Of a stretch of 64,000 bases of DNA, positions 41,723 to 52,322 are shown piece after piece. Below the pieces are notes generated by a model. It saw nothing but the letters and a program-made list of their open reading frames with translations, was not told where the DNA came from and did no database searches. The translations under genes and the position numbers were made by a program. This DNA is from Candidatus Marinacidobacterales bacterium. Lineage in GTDB: Bacteria > Acidobacteriota > Vicinamibacteria > Marinacidobacterales > DATDRI01. The DNA lies in NCBI GenBank assembly GCA_965219415.1, contig OZ244742.1, positions 672,001 through 736,000 of the forward strand, in the 5' to 3' direction. The first letter of the stretch is position 1. Every line of letters begins with the position of its first letter.

Positions 41723-42682
41723 TTAACGATTAATGGCGCCAGCCTCGATGCCCTTCCCGGAGACGAACTTGGTGCCGATGGCACCCACCCGTGCCCTCTC
41801 GCGGTTCATCGAGCCAAGCTCCCGAATTCGATATACGCTTTCGAAACCCGTGCAGTGAGAGCCCAAGAAATAGCCGAGCCCGAGTTTCTGGAGCTCCTTG
41901 CTGGTCCAGCTCAGAACGTCGTCTGATGCAGCGAAGAGATGAAACCCACCAATCGCCGCCTGCGGTGAGTCGGCGGAAATCTCGCTCCGGACGTGTTCGA
42001 GCGTATTGATGAGGCCGGCGTGACCGCACCCGGACACCACGACGGGACCCCCTTTTGCTACAACCACGAGCGACTGGCTCTCCGGAACGACATCGGGCAC
42101 GGTCGAGCTCCCCTCTTTCATGACCCATTGAGGGCCGACCGGATAGACTTTCTCCTCGTGCGGCCTTGGAACTGGGCCCGTGATCCATACCCCGTCCGCA
42201 AGCTGTGTCGCCCGATCGTAGACGACGAAGGTGGCGCCCGATTCCTCGAGCCGCTCCCGCAATCCCACCATAGGATTCCTCTCGCTCCCATCCAAGGACG
42301 GCCGCGGGGTGAAGATCCCGTCCGCGGCATGAATGCGGGAAAGCGCTTTAGGGTTCCGCTTCGACAACTCCGTCCTCAGAGTTTCGAGGCCCCCGGTATG
42401 GTCGCCGTGATGGTGGCTAAGGATCAGGTCCTCGGCAACGGAAAGATCGATCCCGAGCGCCTCGGCGTTCGAGAGAACGTTACCGGGAGACCAACCGGTG
42501 TCGAACAGGAAAGCGCGACCATCCACTGCGACCCAAGCAGCGAAACTCCATTCGCCTTGTCCAACCATATCAGCGGCATTGGTAGTCAGAATGGTGACGG
42601 TAACACTACGTTCCTTCTGCGTCGCTTCAGTCTGTGCGCCCGCAGTTAGGAGGATCATTCCGCATAGGACAACCTTGTGCAT
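41723..42682 (-). CDS. MBL-fold metallo-hydrolase, exported
   Basis: LFDTG, SHHHGDHTGG, GCGHAG, GGFHL, HCTG. Confidence 0.88.
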   Translation of the reverse strand: MHKVVLCGMILLTAGAQTEATQKERSVTVTILTTNAADMVGQGEWSFAAWVAVDGRAFLFDTGWSPGNVLSNAEALGIDLSVAEDLILSHHHGDHTGGLETLRTELSKRNPKALSRIHAADGIFTPRPSLDGSERNPMVGLRERLEESGATFVVYDRATQLADGVWITGPVPRPHEEKVYPVGPQWVMKEGSSTVPDVVPESQSLVVVAKGGPVVVSGCGHAGLINTLEHVRSEISADSPQAAIGGFHLFAASDDVLSWTSKELQKLGLGYFLGSHCTGFESVYRIRELGSMNRERARVGAIGTKFVSGKGIEAGAINR

Positions 42683-42692
42683 ATATCACCTG

Positions 42693-43319
42693 CTATTGGG
42701 ATTGATTGGATACCGCGTTCGTCACGGCATCGAAAAAACGACACGCCGTCTCTAGGAGGAGTTGATACTCGCCGTATTCGCTCAACGTGCCGGTCACCGC
42801 AAATATCAACTTATCATCGTAGTTGCGGACGTCCGCGACCCGATTTTCTTTTTCCTGGTCCGCCCACGAACCGAGATCGACCTGCACCCGCTCGGACAGC
42901 ACCGCCGTCATTCTACGCTCGTCGTTCGTATAAATAACTAGCCGCTCGCTGAGACGAACAGGCGTGGAAATCATCGGCTTCTTGATCCTGAACGTTGCAT
43001 CCCCGAGCGTCTGCAGCGACCGAGGTACTATCCGAAACTCGAATTGTTTGAAATCCAGTCCGGAAAAGAGAGCATAGGTGTACTGGCCAGACTGCCCCTC
43101 CGAGCCAGTCCCTGCGCTAGAGACCTCGACCGCGGCCCCGACGTGGGAAAATGTCAACTTCGGCATCAGGGTTCGACCGGGCGATTCCACAACTCCGTCG
43201 CGCTCCACGGCGAGGCGTTTCAACACCGGGGTCACACGACGCACCGAGCTGCGGTGCATCACCCAACCGAGCCCGAGGCCACTTGCGATCACGATGACGA
43301 TGATTAGGCCGGTGCTCAT
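42693..43319 (-). CDS. Hypothetical membrane-anchored protein
   Basis: 208-aa ORF with N-terminal TM helix, same strand as neighbours. Confidence 0.6.
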   Translation of the reverse strand: MSTGLIIVIVIASGLGLGWVMHRSSVRRVTPVLKRLAVERDGVVESPGRTLMPKLTFSHVGAAVEVSSAGTGSEGQSGQYTYALFSGLDFKQFEFRIVPRSLQTLGDATFRIKKPMISTPVRLSERLVIYTNDERRMTAVLSERVQVDLGSWADQEKENRVADVRNYDDKLIFAVTGTLSEYGEYQLLLETACRFFDAVTNAVSNQSQ

Positions 43320-43349
43320 CGTCTGGGCGGCCGGCTCTTGCAGGAGGAG

Positions 43350-43727
43350 TCAATGGACAAACCGTTTGGTCCTCTGGAAGTGATCCTCCGGCGGTTCACC
43401 TATGTCGATAACGTGCTCGGGTCCGAACCAGAGCTCCTGGCCGAGTGCCAACATCGTGGTCGTTGCGGGTTCATTGTCGAGCACGCCTCGGTAGTAATCA
43501 CCCTCTTTGCCCCAGACTTGGACCCACATGCGCTCGCCCACGATAGGCTCGCCGTCCGGACCGGTGCTCTGGACCAAGAAAATCAACTTGACCGCCTGCC
43601 CCCGGGTCAGGTTCGTACGCGCCGTCTCGCCGGGAATCCGAAACGTCTCCGGAGACTCTTCGTGCCGCGCGACGCCACTGTCGAGCTCCCAGCCGTCTTC
43701 GTCCAGGGTTGCCAGGCGCAACGTCAT
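43350..43727 (-). CDS. DUF2314-like hypothetical protein
   Basis: ERMWV...YRGVLDNEP motif. Confidence 0.6.
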   Translation of the reverse strand: MTLRLATLDEDGWELDSGVARHEESPETFRIPGETARTNLTRGQAVKLIFLVQSTGPDGEPIVGERMWVQVWGKEGDYYRGVLDNEPATTTMLALGQELWFGPEHVIDIGEPPEDHFQRTKRFVH

Positions 43728-44554
43728 TGGCGTTCCATTACCGCCTGAACCACCCGTACACGCCCCTCTTCCAAACTCCGCAGTACATTACCGAACTTAG
43801 TCGAGGCGTCGTCCCCCATCAATAAGTGGAGCCCGACTGGAAGTAAACCCTTGGTTCGTATCCGCCTTTGCGAAGTCTTGAAGAAAGCTATCGAAGCCTT
43901 GCTCTTGTCCTCCCAGTGTAACGCCGACAAACCGAGGTCGGATAGGAGGGCCCTGAGCTCTTCGATAGGGATCAAATGGCTAATCGAAGCATCCGATGCC
44001 CATGGAACCGGGAAATGCACGTCGCCGCTGGCTCCCGCGAAGATATCGTGAAACGCGAGTCGCCCGTGTGGCTTCAGGACCCTGCAAAGCTCGCCGTAAA
44101 AGCCGGCTTTGTCCGAGATGTTCATCTGAACGTGCTCGGTCCAGACGACATCGAATTGACCGTCTGGAAACGGTAGATCGAGGGCGCTCCCCTACCGAAA
44201 GGCGGTTCGCTCCGCCAGCCCAACTCGCGCCGACAGCTTTTCGGCGACTCGGCAATACTCCTCGGTCAAATCGACTCCCACGGTCTTGCAACCGAACGTG
44301 CTCACCAGGTAACGGCTCGTTCCGCCCAAGCCACACCCCACGTCGAGCAAGGCCTGCCCCGGCCGGATCTCGGCCAGTTGAGCGAGCTCCTCGGTCGCTG
44401 TCCTTCCGCGAATGTGAAACTCGTCCACCGGTGCCAAGTCGTCGACGGCCAGCGAATCGAGGTCGTTGCCCGATGCCTCGAGCGCCGACAGAATGCGCTG
44501 CTCGAGGTCACCCAGGGTGTAGTGTTCGGATACGTTTTTGGTGGCGTCACTCAT
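43724..44554 (-). CDS. Class I SAM-dependent methyltransferase; frameshift near 44192
   Basis: DEFHIRG, LDVGCGLGG, MNISDK...RVLKPHG. Confidence 0.85.
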
Positions 44555-44559
44555 AGCGA

Positions 44560-45231
44560 CTATCTCTCGGTCCACCGCAGGGCGGGTCCCACCCACTCCT
44601 CATAGGGTTTGTAAACCATTCTATGGCCATTCCCTAGGCTGGTGGCTATTTCTTCGTGCGTGACGAGCTCGGACGAGCAGCGGTTAAACAGACTCTCGCA
44701 AGACCCAGCGATCTCGTCACTGGCCTCGTACACCGAGAGAACATTGCCGTACAAGCAAACACCGTTCCTCGCAAAGTAATCGTTCGTTTGCTCCGCGCAT
44801 ATTGCCAGGATGACATAGTTGATCTGCCGATTCCGCAAGAGATTGGACACCAACACCGCGATCGCCGCCCCCTTTGACGCTCCGACGACCGTGATGTGAG
44901 ACGCCGGTATCCCGTCGGAAAGGCGTTTGCGAATATCCGCTGCAACCTTCTCCGCGTAGGTGGACGCGTCGGTATTCTTGCCTCGAATCTCGCTCACGAC
45001 GGTGTGCCCCATTCTCCCGAGCGCCTCGACGATACCCTCGTAGTCGTAGTGACCGAACACCTCACTCGTCGCACCGAATCCCTGCTCCTCTAAGATCCTC
45101 CCATGGAGGTAAAAGATAAGTCGTCTCGGTTCCTCAGATGCAGTCGTGCCGCCCGCCGAGCTCAGAACAAACAGCAGGGCCGCGCCCATCCCTAGCGAGA
45201 CTTGGACCTTGCGCTTGAGTGTCGACTCCAT
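44560..45231 (-). CDS. Exported alpha/beta hydrolase
   Basis: FYLHG, GASKG nucleophile elbow, C-terminal GH. Confidence 0.75.
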   Translation of the reverse strand: MESTLKRKVQVSLGMGAALLFVLSSAGGTTASEEPRRLIFYLHGRILEEQGFGATSEVFGHYDYEGIVEALGRMGHTVVSEIRGKNTDASTYAEKVAADIRKRLSDGIPASHITVVGASKGAAIAVLVSNLLRNRQINYVILAICAEQTNDYFARNGVCLYGNVLSVYEASDEIAGSCESLFNRCSSELVTHEEIATSLGNGHRMVYKPYEEWVGPALRWTER

Positions 45232-45293
45232 CGTAGTTCTCCGTCGTTGATCAGTCGCCAAAATCTCGGAACATGGCGATCGAACAGATTCTC

Positions 45294-45593
45294 TCAGACG
45301 GGGTCAACGCCCGACGAGGGTTCTTGCCAGGAGCTTGTCCATCGGTCGCTGCCGGAGAGCAGTCGCAGTTCTTCGAGTGCCATTTCCTCTGCCCTTCCCA
45401 TCGTGTCACAAAGCCTCACCGGTGAATTTTGGACGGGAGACCAGTAAGGCTCGCTGACTTCGCCGTAACCTTCGACGAACTCGCGCCGCCACGAGGCAGG
45501 TTTTACCTCGAGCAGCTGGTCCGACCGCCGGACGATCTCGACCCTATGCCGACCATCCTCCGAATAATAAGTGCCCAGCACTTTTTTGCTCAT
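45294..45593 (-). CDS. Hypothetical protein
   Basis: Same-strand ORF filling the gap between neighbours. Confidence 0.5.
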   Translation of the reverse strand: MSKKVLGTYYSEDGRHRVEIVRRSDQLLEVKPASWRREFVEGYGEVSEPYWSPVQNSPVRLCDTMGRAEEMALEELRLLSGSDRWTSSWQEPSSGVDPV

Positions 45594-45635
45594 CGATAGC
45601 TGCCCAGCCAATCTCGTCGAGGTGGCTTCCGGCCC

Positions 45636-45986
45636 CTAGAGCCGGGCTTCCAGGTACTCTTTCAGGGCGGCGACGTTGTTGAGACGTTCCTCCTTCGACC
45701 CGAATACGAACGTCACCTTCCCGGTGCGGACATAGTCGAGGAGGGCCTCAACGACGTCCGATTTGGACTTTAGCTCCTTGTAGTAGCGCCGTTTGAATTC
45801 AGGCCATTTGTCCGGGTCGTGGCCATACCACTTGCGGAGCTCCGTCGAGGGGGCAATCTCCTTGGGCCAATGGTCGATCTTCGCGTCCGCTTTGGACAGA
45901 CCTCGCGGCCAAAGCCGGTCGACCAAAACCCGTCGGCCGTCGCGTTTCGACGGTGCCTCGTAGACTCTCTTGATTCGAATATCCAT
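45636..45986 (-). CDS. DUF488 (YeaO-like) protein
   Basis: IKRVYE, DGRRVLVDRLWPRG, APSTELRKW. Confidence 0.9.
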   Translation of the reverse strand: MDIRIKRVYEAPSKRDGRRVLVDRLWPRGLSKADAKIDHWPKEIAPSTELRKWYGHDPDKWPEFKRRYYKELKSKSDVVEALLDYVRTGKVTFVFGSKEERLNNVAALKEYLEARL

Positions 45987-45989
45987 GGG

Positions 45990-46386
45990 GCCCCTCCGGC
46001 GCCTCGCAGCTCCAATAGGTCCAACTTATTACCATAGAGGTCTTCGAAAACAGCAACCGTGCCATAGGCTTCTTCGCGCGGAGTCTCCAAAAATTTGACG
46101 CCACGCTCCTTCATATCCGCGTAGTCCCTGGCGAAGTCGTCCGTGTGCAGGAAGAGAAACACCCGTCCACCGGTTTGGTTGCCAATGCGGACTCCTGTTC
46201 CGGCGTCGACGCTTGGGCAAGAAGGAGGTTGGTAGCGGCCGAACCCGGTGGGGCGACAAGCACCCACCTCTTTCCCTCTTCCGCGGTATCCTCGATCAGC
46301 CGAAAACGGAGCTTCTGTGTGAAGAACTCGATGGCTTCGTCGTAGTCTCTAACGACGAGGGCAACATGACCTATGCTTTGTTTCAA
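45990..46386 (-). CDS. VOC/glyoxalase family protein; frameshifted
   Basis: IGHVALVVRDYDEAI, GNQTGGRVFLFL, VFEDLYGN. Confidence 0.8.
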
Positions 46387-46405
46387 TTCTAAGAGCCGCC
46401 TTCTT

Positions 46406-46595
46406 TCATGTTGCGTAGCTCCGGAAAAACTCAACCATCTTCTCGCTCGCCTATCCTACTTCGATGATGTAACCGTCCGGGTCTCGCATGTAGCATCTCG
46501 TTTCCCAGCCGTGGTTGTCCAGAGGCTCCGTTATGAACTCAGCTCCTTTAGCCTTCCATTCAGCATAGCAGGCTTGGGCATCGGCAACGCGGACA
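46406..46595 (-). pseudogene. C-terminal remnant of a second VOC-family gene
   Basis: Manual translation RVADAQACYAEWKAKGAEFITEP...CYMRDPDGYIIEVG. Confidence 0.65.
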
Positions 46596-46609
46596 AGATG
46601 TCACCGCTC

Positions 46610-47086
46610 TCATTGCACTGCACTCACAACTCCTTCAATTTGCTCACCCGCATGTGCAATAGAGGAAACGGCTTCCCGTGCTGTCGAGCTCCGATCTCCC
46701 GTGCACTTCGAATCCCAGGCGCTGGTAGAACGCGAGCGCCTGCTCATTCTGCTCGTTGACATCGACCACCGTGGCGCCCAGGTCGAGCACAGCATACCTC
46801 GTAAGCCGGCGGCCGATGCCCGCACGGTGCCATGCCGGATGGACAAACAACGCCTCAGTTTTCTCATCGGCGACACCGAAAAATCCCACGAGAGCGCCTT
46901 CCGTATCACGGACGCAATACAGATGTCTCAGGCCGAACAAACCCCTTGCGCACAAGCGGCTTCAAGAACTGAATGTCGGTCTCTGACAAGAAGTGGTGCG
47001 TTGCGCGAACAGAGGCCTCCCAGACCTCAACGAGCCGGGCCGCTTCATCGTTCGCCACCCGGTGAACGCCTTCCCGAAGCAGCATT
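46610..47086 (-). pseudogene. GNAT acetyltransferase (YjaB-like) cassette gene; frameshifted
   Basis: VWEASVRATHHFL, LFVHP...GIG, VDVNEQN..A..FY. Confidence 0.8.
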
Positions 47087-47128
47087 CGGTTCCTCGCTCT
47101 CTATACTCATCCCTTTCGCTTACACGTT

Positions 47129-47204
47129 GCCCAACAGGGCATCAGTCTCGAACCGCCCCACCAAGTAGCAGTTGCCGACCGTCAGCTGCATGCGCGTCTT
47201 AGGT
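47129..47204 (-). other. attC site (R'' degenerate)
   Basis: Minus strand ACCTAAG-ACGCGCATGCAG...CTGATGCCCT-GTTGGGC; the upstream gene's stop lies in R''. Confidence 0.7.
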
Positions 47205-48828
47205 GGATTGGCGTCTTAGAAATCTCCGCTGCAATTGCTGCCCGACAAATCCCCCTAGCGACCCGGTAATGATACCTGTCACAACGAGTCCAACGAGCTT
47301 CATTTCCGGCGTGGACGCAATCCTTCCTCCCGAACCCTCCAACGCTATCTCGACCAATATCCCCGCTACGATGGCACTAACGATGAGGCCAACCAATCCG
47401 CCAAACAGCCAACTGAGCTTGCTCCGGTTTGGTGGACAAGTTGACTATGCAAACCGGTTTGCTTCCAAGAGTCTAAGTTCGAACTCGATGAGACTGACGT
47501 TCCGGAGCGTTGAGTGCCGTCGCCTCGGGTTGTAGAAATTGGTGATGTAGTCGGCGGTAGCCCATCGCGCCTGCGCTCGAGTCGGCAGAACGAGTCGGTA
47601 GAGAGATTCGGTTTTCAGCGTGCCGAAGAAACTCTCGACGACGGCATTGTCCCAGCAGTCGCCCTTTCGACTCATGCTGCACTCGATTCCGTGGCGTCGC
47701 AAGAACGCGCGGTAGTCTCTGCTCGCGTACTGCACGCCACGGTCCGAATGATGAACCATCCCACGCGGTGGTCGTCGGTGACGCACCGCCATCTGAAGCG
47801 CCGAGACAGCGAGCTCTGCGGCGAAGATGATTCGCCACCGCCCAACCGATCACGCGCCTCGAAAATAGGTCCATGACCACGGCCAAATACAACCAGCCTT
47901 CCCACGTTCGGATGTAGGTGATGTCCGCAGCCCAGACTTCGTTGGGGGTCTTCGGCAAGAACTGGCGCTGCACGAGGTCTCGAGCTACGGGGCGCGAGTG
48001 CGACGAATCCGTCGTCTTCCGAGAACGTCTCGGCAGGCGCGCGCACAGGCCTTTCTCTCTCATGATGCGAGCAACGCGCCGACGCCCAACAGACTCACCA
48101 TCCGCACGGAGCTCGTCCACAACACGAGGACTTCCGTAAACTCCGCGGTTGGCTCGGAAGAACGCAACGATTTTTACGGACAGGCGCAGGTCATCTCGTT
48201 CACGGCGGCTGGGCTTCCGCCTCAGCCACGCATAGTAGCCGCTCCGAGAAACCTGGAGCAGCCGGCACATCCACGAAACGTGGAACTCCTCGCTTTGGAT
48301 CCGAATCGCTGCGAACTTCATTTCTTCACGCTCGCGAAGTACGCCGCCGTTTTTTTTAGAAAGTCACGCTCCATCCGAAGCTCCCGAACTTCCTTTCGGA
48401 AGCCACGCAGTTCTTCGAGTTCCTCGCTCGTCAGGGTTCCGGGACCGCCTTCACCACGGTCGATCTTGTCCTGCCTCACCCAGGCATAAAGCGACGTCTC
48501 CGTCACATCGATATCCCGGGCTACCACGCTCACTGCCTTGCCGCTCTCCCGAACCAGCTGCACTGCCTCTGCTCGAAATTCCTTCGTGAACTGCCGACGT
48601 TTCTTTTTCTCTGCCATCTGAACACCCATATATCTCTCCGTTCGTTAGGTGTCCACTGAAACGAAGCAGGCCCAAACCTTTCTTCCTGCATATGAACCCG
48701 GCTACTCCACCGCCGATCAAAAGAGTTGTATACCTCACAACTCCGCTGCCAAATGTCTGGGGCAAAACCAACGTAAGCGTGATTGCCGTTACGATGCCGA
48801 CAATTACGCCTAATGCCATTCGGAACAT
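47199..48828 (-). pseudogene. Small membrane-protein cassette gene interrupted by IS3
   Basis: Removing the IS and one AAC copy restores ...ICRKKG-WLFGGLVGLIVS... in frame. Confidence 0.8.
47414..48674 (-). mobile_element. IS3-family element (orfA 48318-48629, orfB 47445-48321 frameshifted), 3-bp TSD AAC
   Basis: TG...CA IRs sharing GTGGACA; WAADITYI, HHSDRG, DNAVVESFF; A8 slippery run at 48350-48357 puts orfA in -1 register with orfB. Confidence 0.92.
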
Positions 48829-48837
48829 CGGATTACC

Positions 48838-48930
48838 ACCTAACAGGGCAGCCAGCGGCGAGCGGTGCCAACCTGCTCTTCATTGTTAATGATGCCGGCG
48901 CCGATCGTCTGCTGCAACGGCGGGCTAGAC
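48838..48930 (-). other. attC site (R'' degenerate)
   Basis: Minus strand GTCTAGC-CCGCCGTTGCAGCAGACG...GCCGCTG...-GTTAGGT. Confidence 0.65.
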
Positions 48931-49404
48931 CGGCTCCTTCGCGGTCACGTGCCGCTGATCGTTCGGTAGCACATAGCAGCAGATCAACGGAGCGAGACAA
49001 TTGCCTTCTCATACACCGCAAGCGTGGTTTGCCTCCGGCACCGAAAACGAACCTTCTCGCGACCTCCAGCTCTCGAGGCGACATGGGCCTTCTCGCACTC
49101 TGCATACGATGGACGAAAGCGTTTCATACGCCTGCTAGATTCTATAAACGACGCCATCTCTTTGACGTTGTCCCAATGGAAGTCGAAGTCGAACTGAGTC
49201 TCCTGACGAACCACGAAGTGTCCTTGAGTGACAGTGCTCCGAATGGCCCGGTCGGACGCGTCGTCATCGGCTGCCATCCCGGTCGCATCGACCTCTCCAA
49301 CCTGGACCGCCCCGGCACTTACGAGTTCGATCGGGCACTGACCCGGCAGGGGCCGTACATCCACAAGAGTCCCGCGGCCAGCGAGAACCCGCCAGATTTC
49401 GTGC

Positions 49405-49423
49405 AGGGCATGGACCATGCCCT
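49405..49423 (-). promoter_or_regulatory. SECIS-like hairpin after the UGA-UGA
   Basis: AGGGCATG-GTC-CATGCCCT: perfect 8-bp stem starting 10 nt after the second UGA. Confidence 0.7.
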
Positions 49424-50713
49424 CGTGTGGTAGTCATCACAAGGACCACGCTAGGACGGCGATGTCGAAGGTCTCGGCGGAGCGTGTCAACAACATTGAG
49501 ACACCCGCGAGCTGCATTTAGTGGAGCCTCGATTGGTGTCAGGAGGGTCGTGACGTCGATTTTGTCCACGTCTGCCTGGATCGAGATCTCTTACGTGGAG
49601 CGGAAAAAGGGGCTACCCCAGGTATGGACCACCCAGAGAAAGTGGCTCCTAGGCGATCCTCGCGCGTGTTTTTGTCAGGTGGGGGGTTGATCCAAGCCTG
49701 AGACGGCAAAACAGGGGTTGAGGTTTTCCACGGACGAAGCGTTCGGGATGAGCCCGATGAGCGGCGAGAAGCGTGTGTCGGCGAGCCGCGTTGAGTTGTT
49801 CGGCGCGACCCTGATGAACGACGGCCGGTGTCATGAGACCGATTCCCGAGTGGCGGTGTTCGAGGTTGTAGTAGTCGAAGAAGTTGCGGCAGAACAGGCG
49901 AGCATCCTCGATGGAGCCGAAACGACGCGGGAACTGGGGGCAATACTTCAGCGTCTTGAACTGAGACTCGGAGTAGGGATTGTCGTTCGAGACGTGAGGT
50001 CGCGAGTGAGTCTTGGTAACGCCGAGGTCGGCCAGAAGCAAGGCGACGGACTTGCTTCGCATCGAGCTGCCACGATCCGCGTGGATGGTGAGCTGGCCTG
50101 GTTCGATGCCTTGCTTGCGACAGCTCTCGACGATGAGACGACGAGCGAGCTCGGCACTTTCTCGGTGAGCCAGCATCCAACCCGTGACGTAGCGGGAGAA
50201 GATGTCCAGGATCACGAAGAGGTAGTAGTAGGTCCACTTGACGGGGCCACGAAGCTTGGTGATGTCCCAGGACCAAACCTGGTTGGGGGCTTCGGCCAAC
50301 AGCTCCGGCTTGCGGTAGTTCGGATGGCACAGTTGGTTCCGACGTTCTCTGACTTCCCCCTGCTCCGCCAGAATCCGATACATCGTACGAATCGAGCAGT
50401 AGTAGGTTCCCTCGTCCAGAAGCGTGGCCCACATTGCGGCGGGCACTTTGTCGACAAACCGCTCGGAGTGCAACGCGCCGAGCACCTGCTCTCGCTCGGT
50501 CTCGTCGAGGGCTCGGTGGGGCCGAGGACGACGCTTCGGATTGGACGTCACCGGCCGCCGCCGGCGATACAGCGTGGAGCGAGCCACTCCCAGAGCCTCG
50601 CAGGCTTCCGCTGTCTGTCCAATCCGACCCGCCAGGTCCTCGGCCGCCGCCATCAATCGTTCTCGTCGCTGTCTGGGGGATTCAGGGGGATCCCCAGGAG
50701 CTCGGAGGCTTTC

Positions 50714-52090
50714 CTAAGAAACTCCGGTGTGCGGACTCGATGCAGCCGCCTCTACCAACGTGTAGCCTAATTGACGAGCGCGACGCTGGAGGTTGTGGAG
50801 GACCCTCTCCTGATAATGTCTCTCGTAGTAGTCGGTGCCAGGATCGACATAGGCGAGTCCGAAGCGAACGGCGTTGTAGAACAGCACTGCTAACTTTCTC
50901 GCTGTCGCGGTCACTGCCTTCGCCTTGCCGACTCGTGCGCCCACTCGACGGTAGAATGCACCAAGGGCGGTCTGCGTTCGCCCAACGTTCACCGCAGCGA
51001 TACGAAAGAGCGCGGCGGCGCGATTCGAGGACCGACGCGACTTCGAACTCAGCACGCGGCCGCCCGAGATCTTGTTGCCGGGTGCTAGGGTCAGCCACGA
51101 CGTGAAGTGTTTGGCGGTCGGCCATTTCCGCATGTCGTCACCGCATTCGGCGACGAGTCGCAGAACCGTGTACGGACCCAATCCATGGATCTGGCTCAAA
51201 TCGGCACCCAAGAGGGTATACAGAGCTCCCCGTACATCGAACTTCGGTTCGTTCTTCCCGCTCGCATGTCGGACACGTGGAATCGGCTCGTCGGGCGCAG
51301 TTCGATCGTGGTTCAGCTCGCCTATAGCGGCTTCGACCTCCACGTCGCATTCGGTGACCCTCGCTTGAACGAAGTCATAGAGTTGGAGCTCATGGCGTAG
51401 CGCGAAGAGGTGTTCGAGCCGGTAGTTACCTGTCAGAGCCTCGCGGATCGTTTCGACAGATTGCTTGCATCGGACGTCACGGTACTGGGCAAGCACGTCG
51501 GGCTCGTGAACACCGCCGACTATAGCGCGAATGATCTTCATGCCCGTGACACCTGTAATATCAGTCACTACGTGCTGAAGCTGGACGTTCATCTGCATAA
51601 GGGCTTTCTGCATCCGCTGGATGTGCGTCGCTGCCTGGTTGATGAGGCGTTCACGGTGGCGAAGAAGTGCCCGGAGCCGAACCAACTGACCACGAGGCCG
51701 GAAGCTGCCGCGAAGAAGACCATGCTCGTGCAGCTGCTGTAGCCACTGAGCATCGTTGACGTCGGTCTTCCGCCCTGGGACATTCTTGACGTCACGTGCG
51801 TTGACCAGGAGCACCTCGAACCCGCGCGCTTCCAAGATCTCGAAGGCTGGAATCCAGTACACTCCTGTCGATTCCATAGCGATGGTGGTGATCCCGACCT
51901 CTGCGAGCCAGTCGGCCAACTGGTGTAGGTCGCCCGTGAAGCTTCGAAACGTCCGCACGGACATCTCGACCCGCTCCGGTGGGACCGCAACCACATGGAA
52001 TGTCGCTCCGATGTCGATTCCTGCGGCGTTAACGTGGATGGACGTAATGGATCGTCTGGACGACTTCCGGCGCTTCCTTCTTGTCATCAT
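50714..52090 (-). CDS. IS110 recombinase (DEDD RuvC + Transposase_20)
   Basis: AGIDIG, AMESTGVYW, RKTDVNDA, ISGG serine loop. Confidence 0.95.
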   Translation of the reverse strand: MMTRRKRRKSSRRSITSIHVNAAGIDIGATFHVVAVPPERVEMSVRTFRSFTGDLHQLADWLAEVGITTIAMESTGVYWIPAFEILEARGFEVLLVNARDVKNVPGRKTDVNDAQWLQQLHEHGLLRGSFRPRGQLVRLRALLRHRERLINQAATHIQRMQKALMQMNVQLQHVVTDITGVTGMKIIRAIVGGVHEPDVLAQYRDVRCKQSVETIREALTGNYRLEHLFALRHELQLYDFVQARVTECDVEVEAAIGELNHDRTAPDEPIPRVRHASGKNEPKFDVRGALYTLLGADLSQIHGLGPYTVLRLVAECGDDMRKWPTAKHFTSWLTLAPGNKISGGRVLSSKSRRSSNRAAALFRIAAVNVGRTQTALGAFYRRVGARVGKAKAVTATARKLAVLFYNAVRFGLAYVDPGTDYYERHYQERVLHNLQRRARQLGYTLVEAAASSPHTGVS

Positions 52091-52262
52091 TCCTCCTTCC
52101 GGATTAAACCCGAAAGGAGGGATGGGCGGAAGTTCATCATTTTCCTAAACGGGATCGCCAAATGGCGCCACCACTGTCAAGTCCGCAGCCACCCCCGGAC
52201 CATGTTTTTTTACGGGATCGAAATCACCAGTAAGCGGACGGCCTCTCCTCTCGAGTAGCCAA
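52091..52262 (-). ncRNA. Candidate bridge RNA of IS110 copy A
   Basis: Two CGATCCCGT-N8-ATG units carrying AAAAAAAC (target-like) and TTAGGAAA (identical to the donor junction). Confidence 0.7.
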
Positions 52263-52263
52263 G

Positions 52264-52293
52264 AGGGTAGCCGTCAGGGAGTTTCTGGTTCAA
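52264..52293 (-). promoter_or_regulatory. Possible sigma70 promoter for the bridge RNA and recombinase
   Basis: TTGAAC-N18-TACCCT. Confidence 0.35.
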
Positions 52294-52322
52294 CAGGAGG
52301 CGCGCCCGCGCTCGAAGGTTTC

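Larger units (their letters stand above)
50713..52318 (-). mobile_element. IS110-family element copy A
   Basis: 1609-bp tandem period; junction TTAGG-AAA-CCTTCG; no TIRs. Confidence 0.92.
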
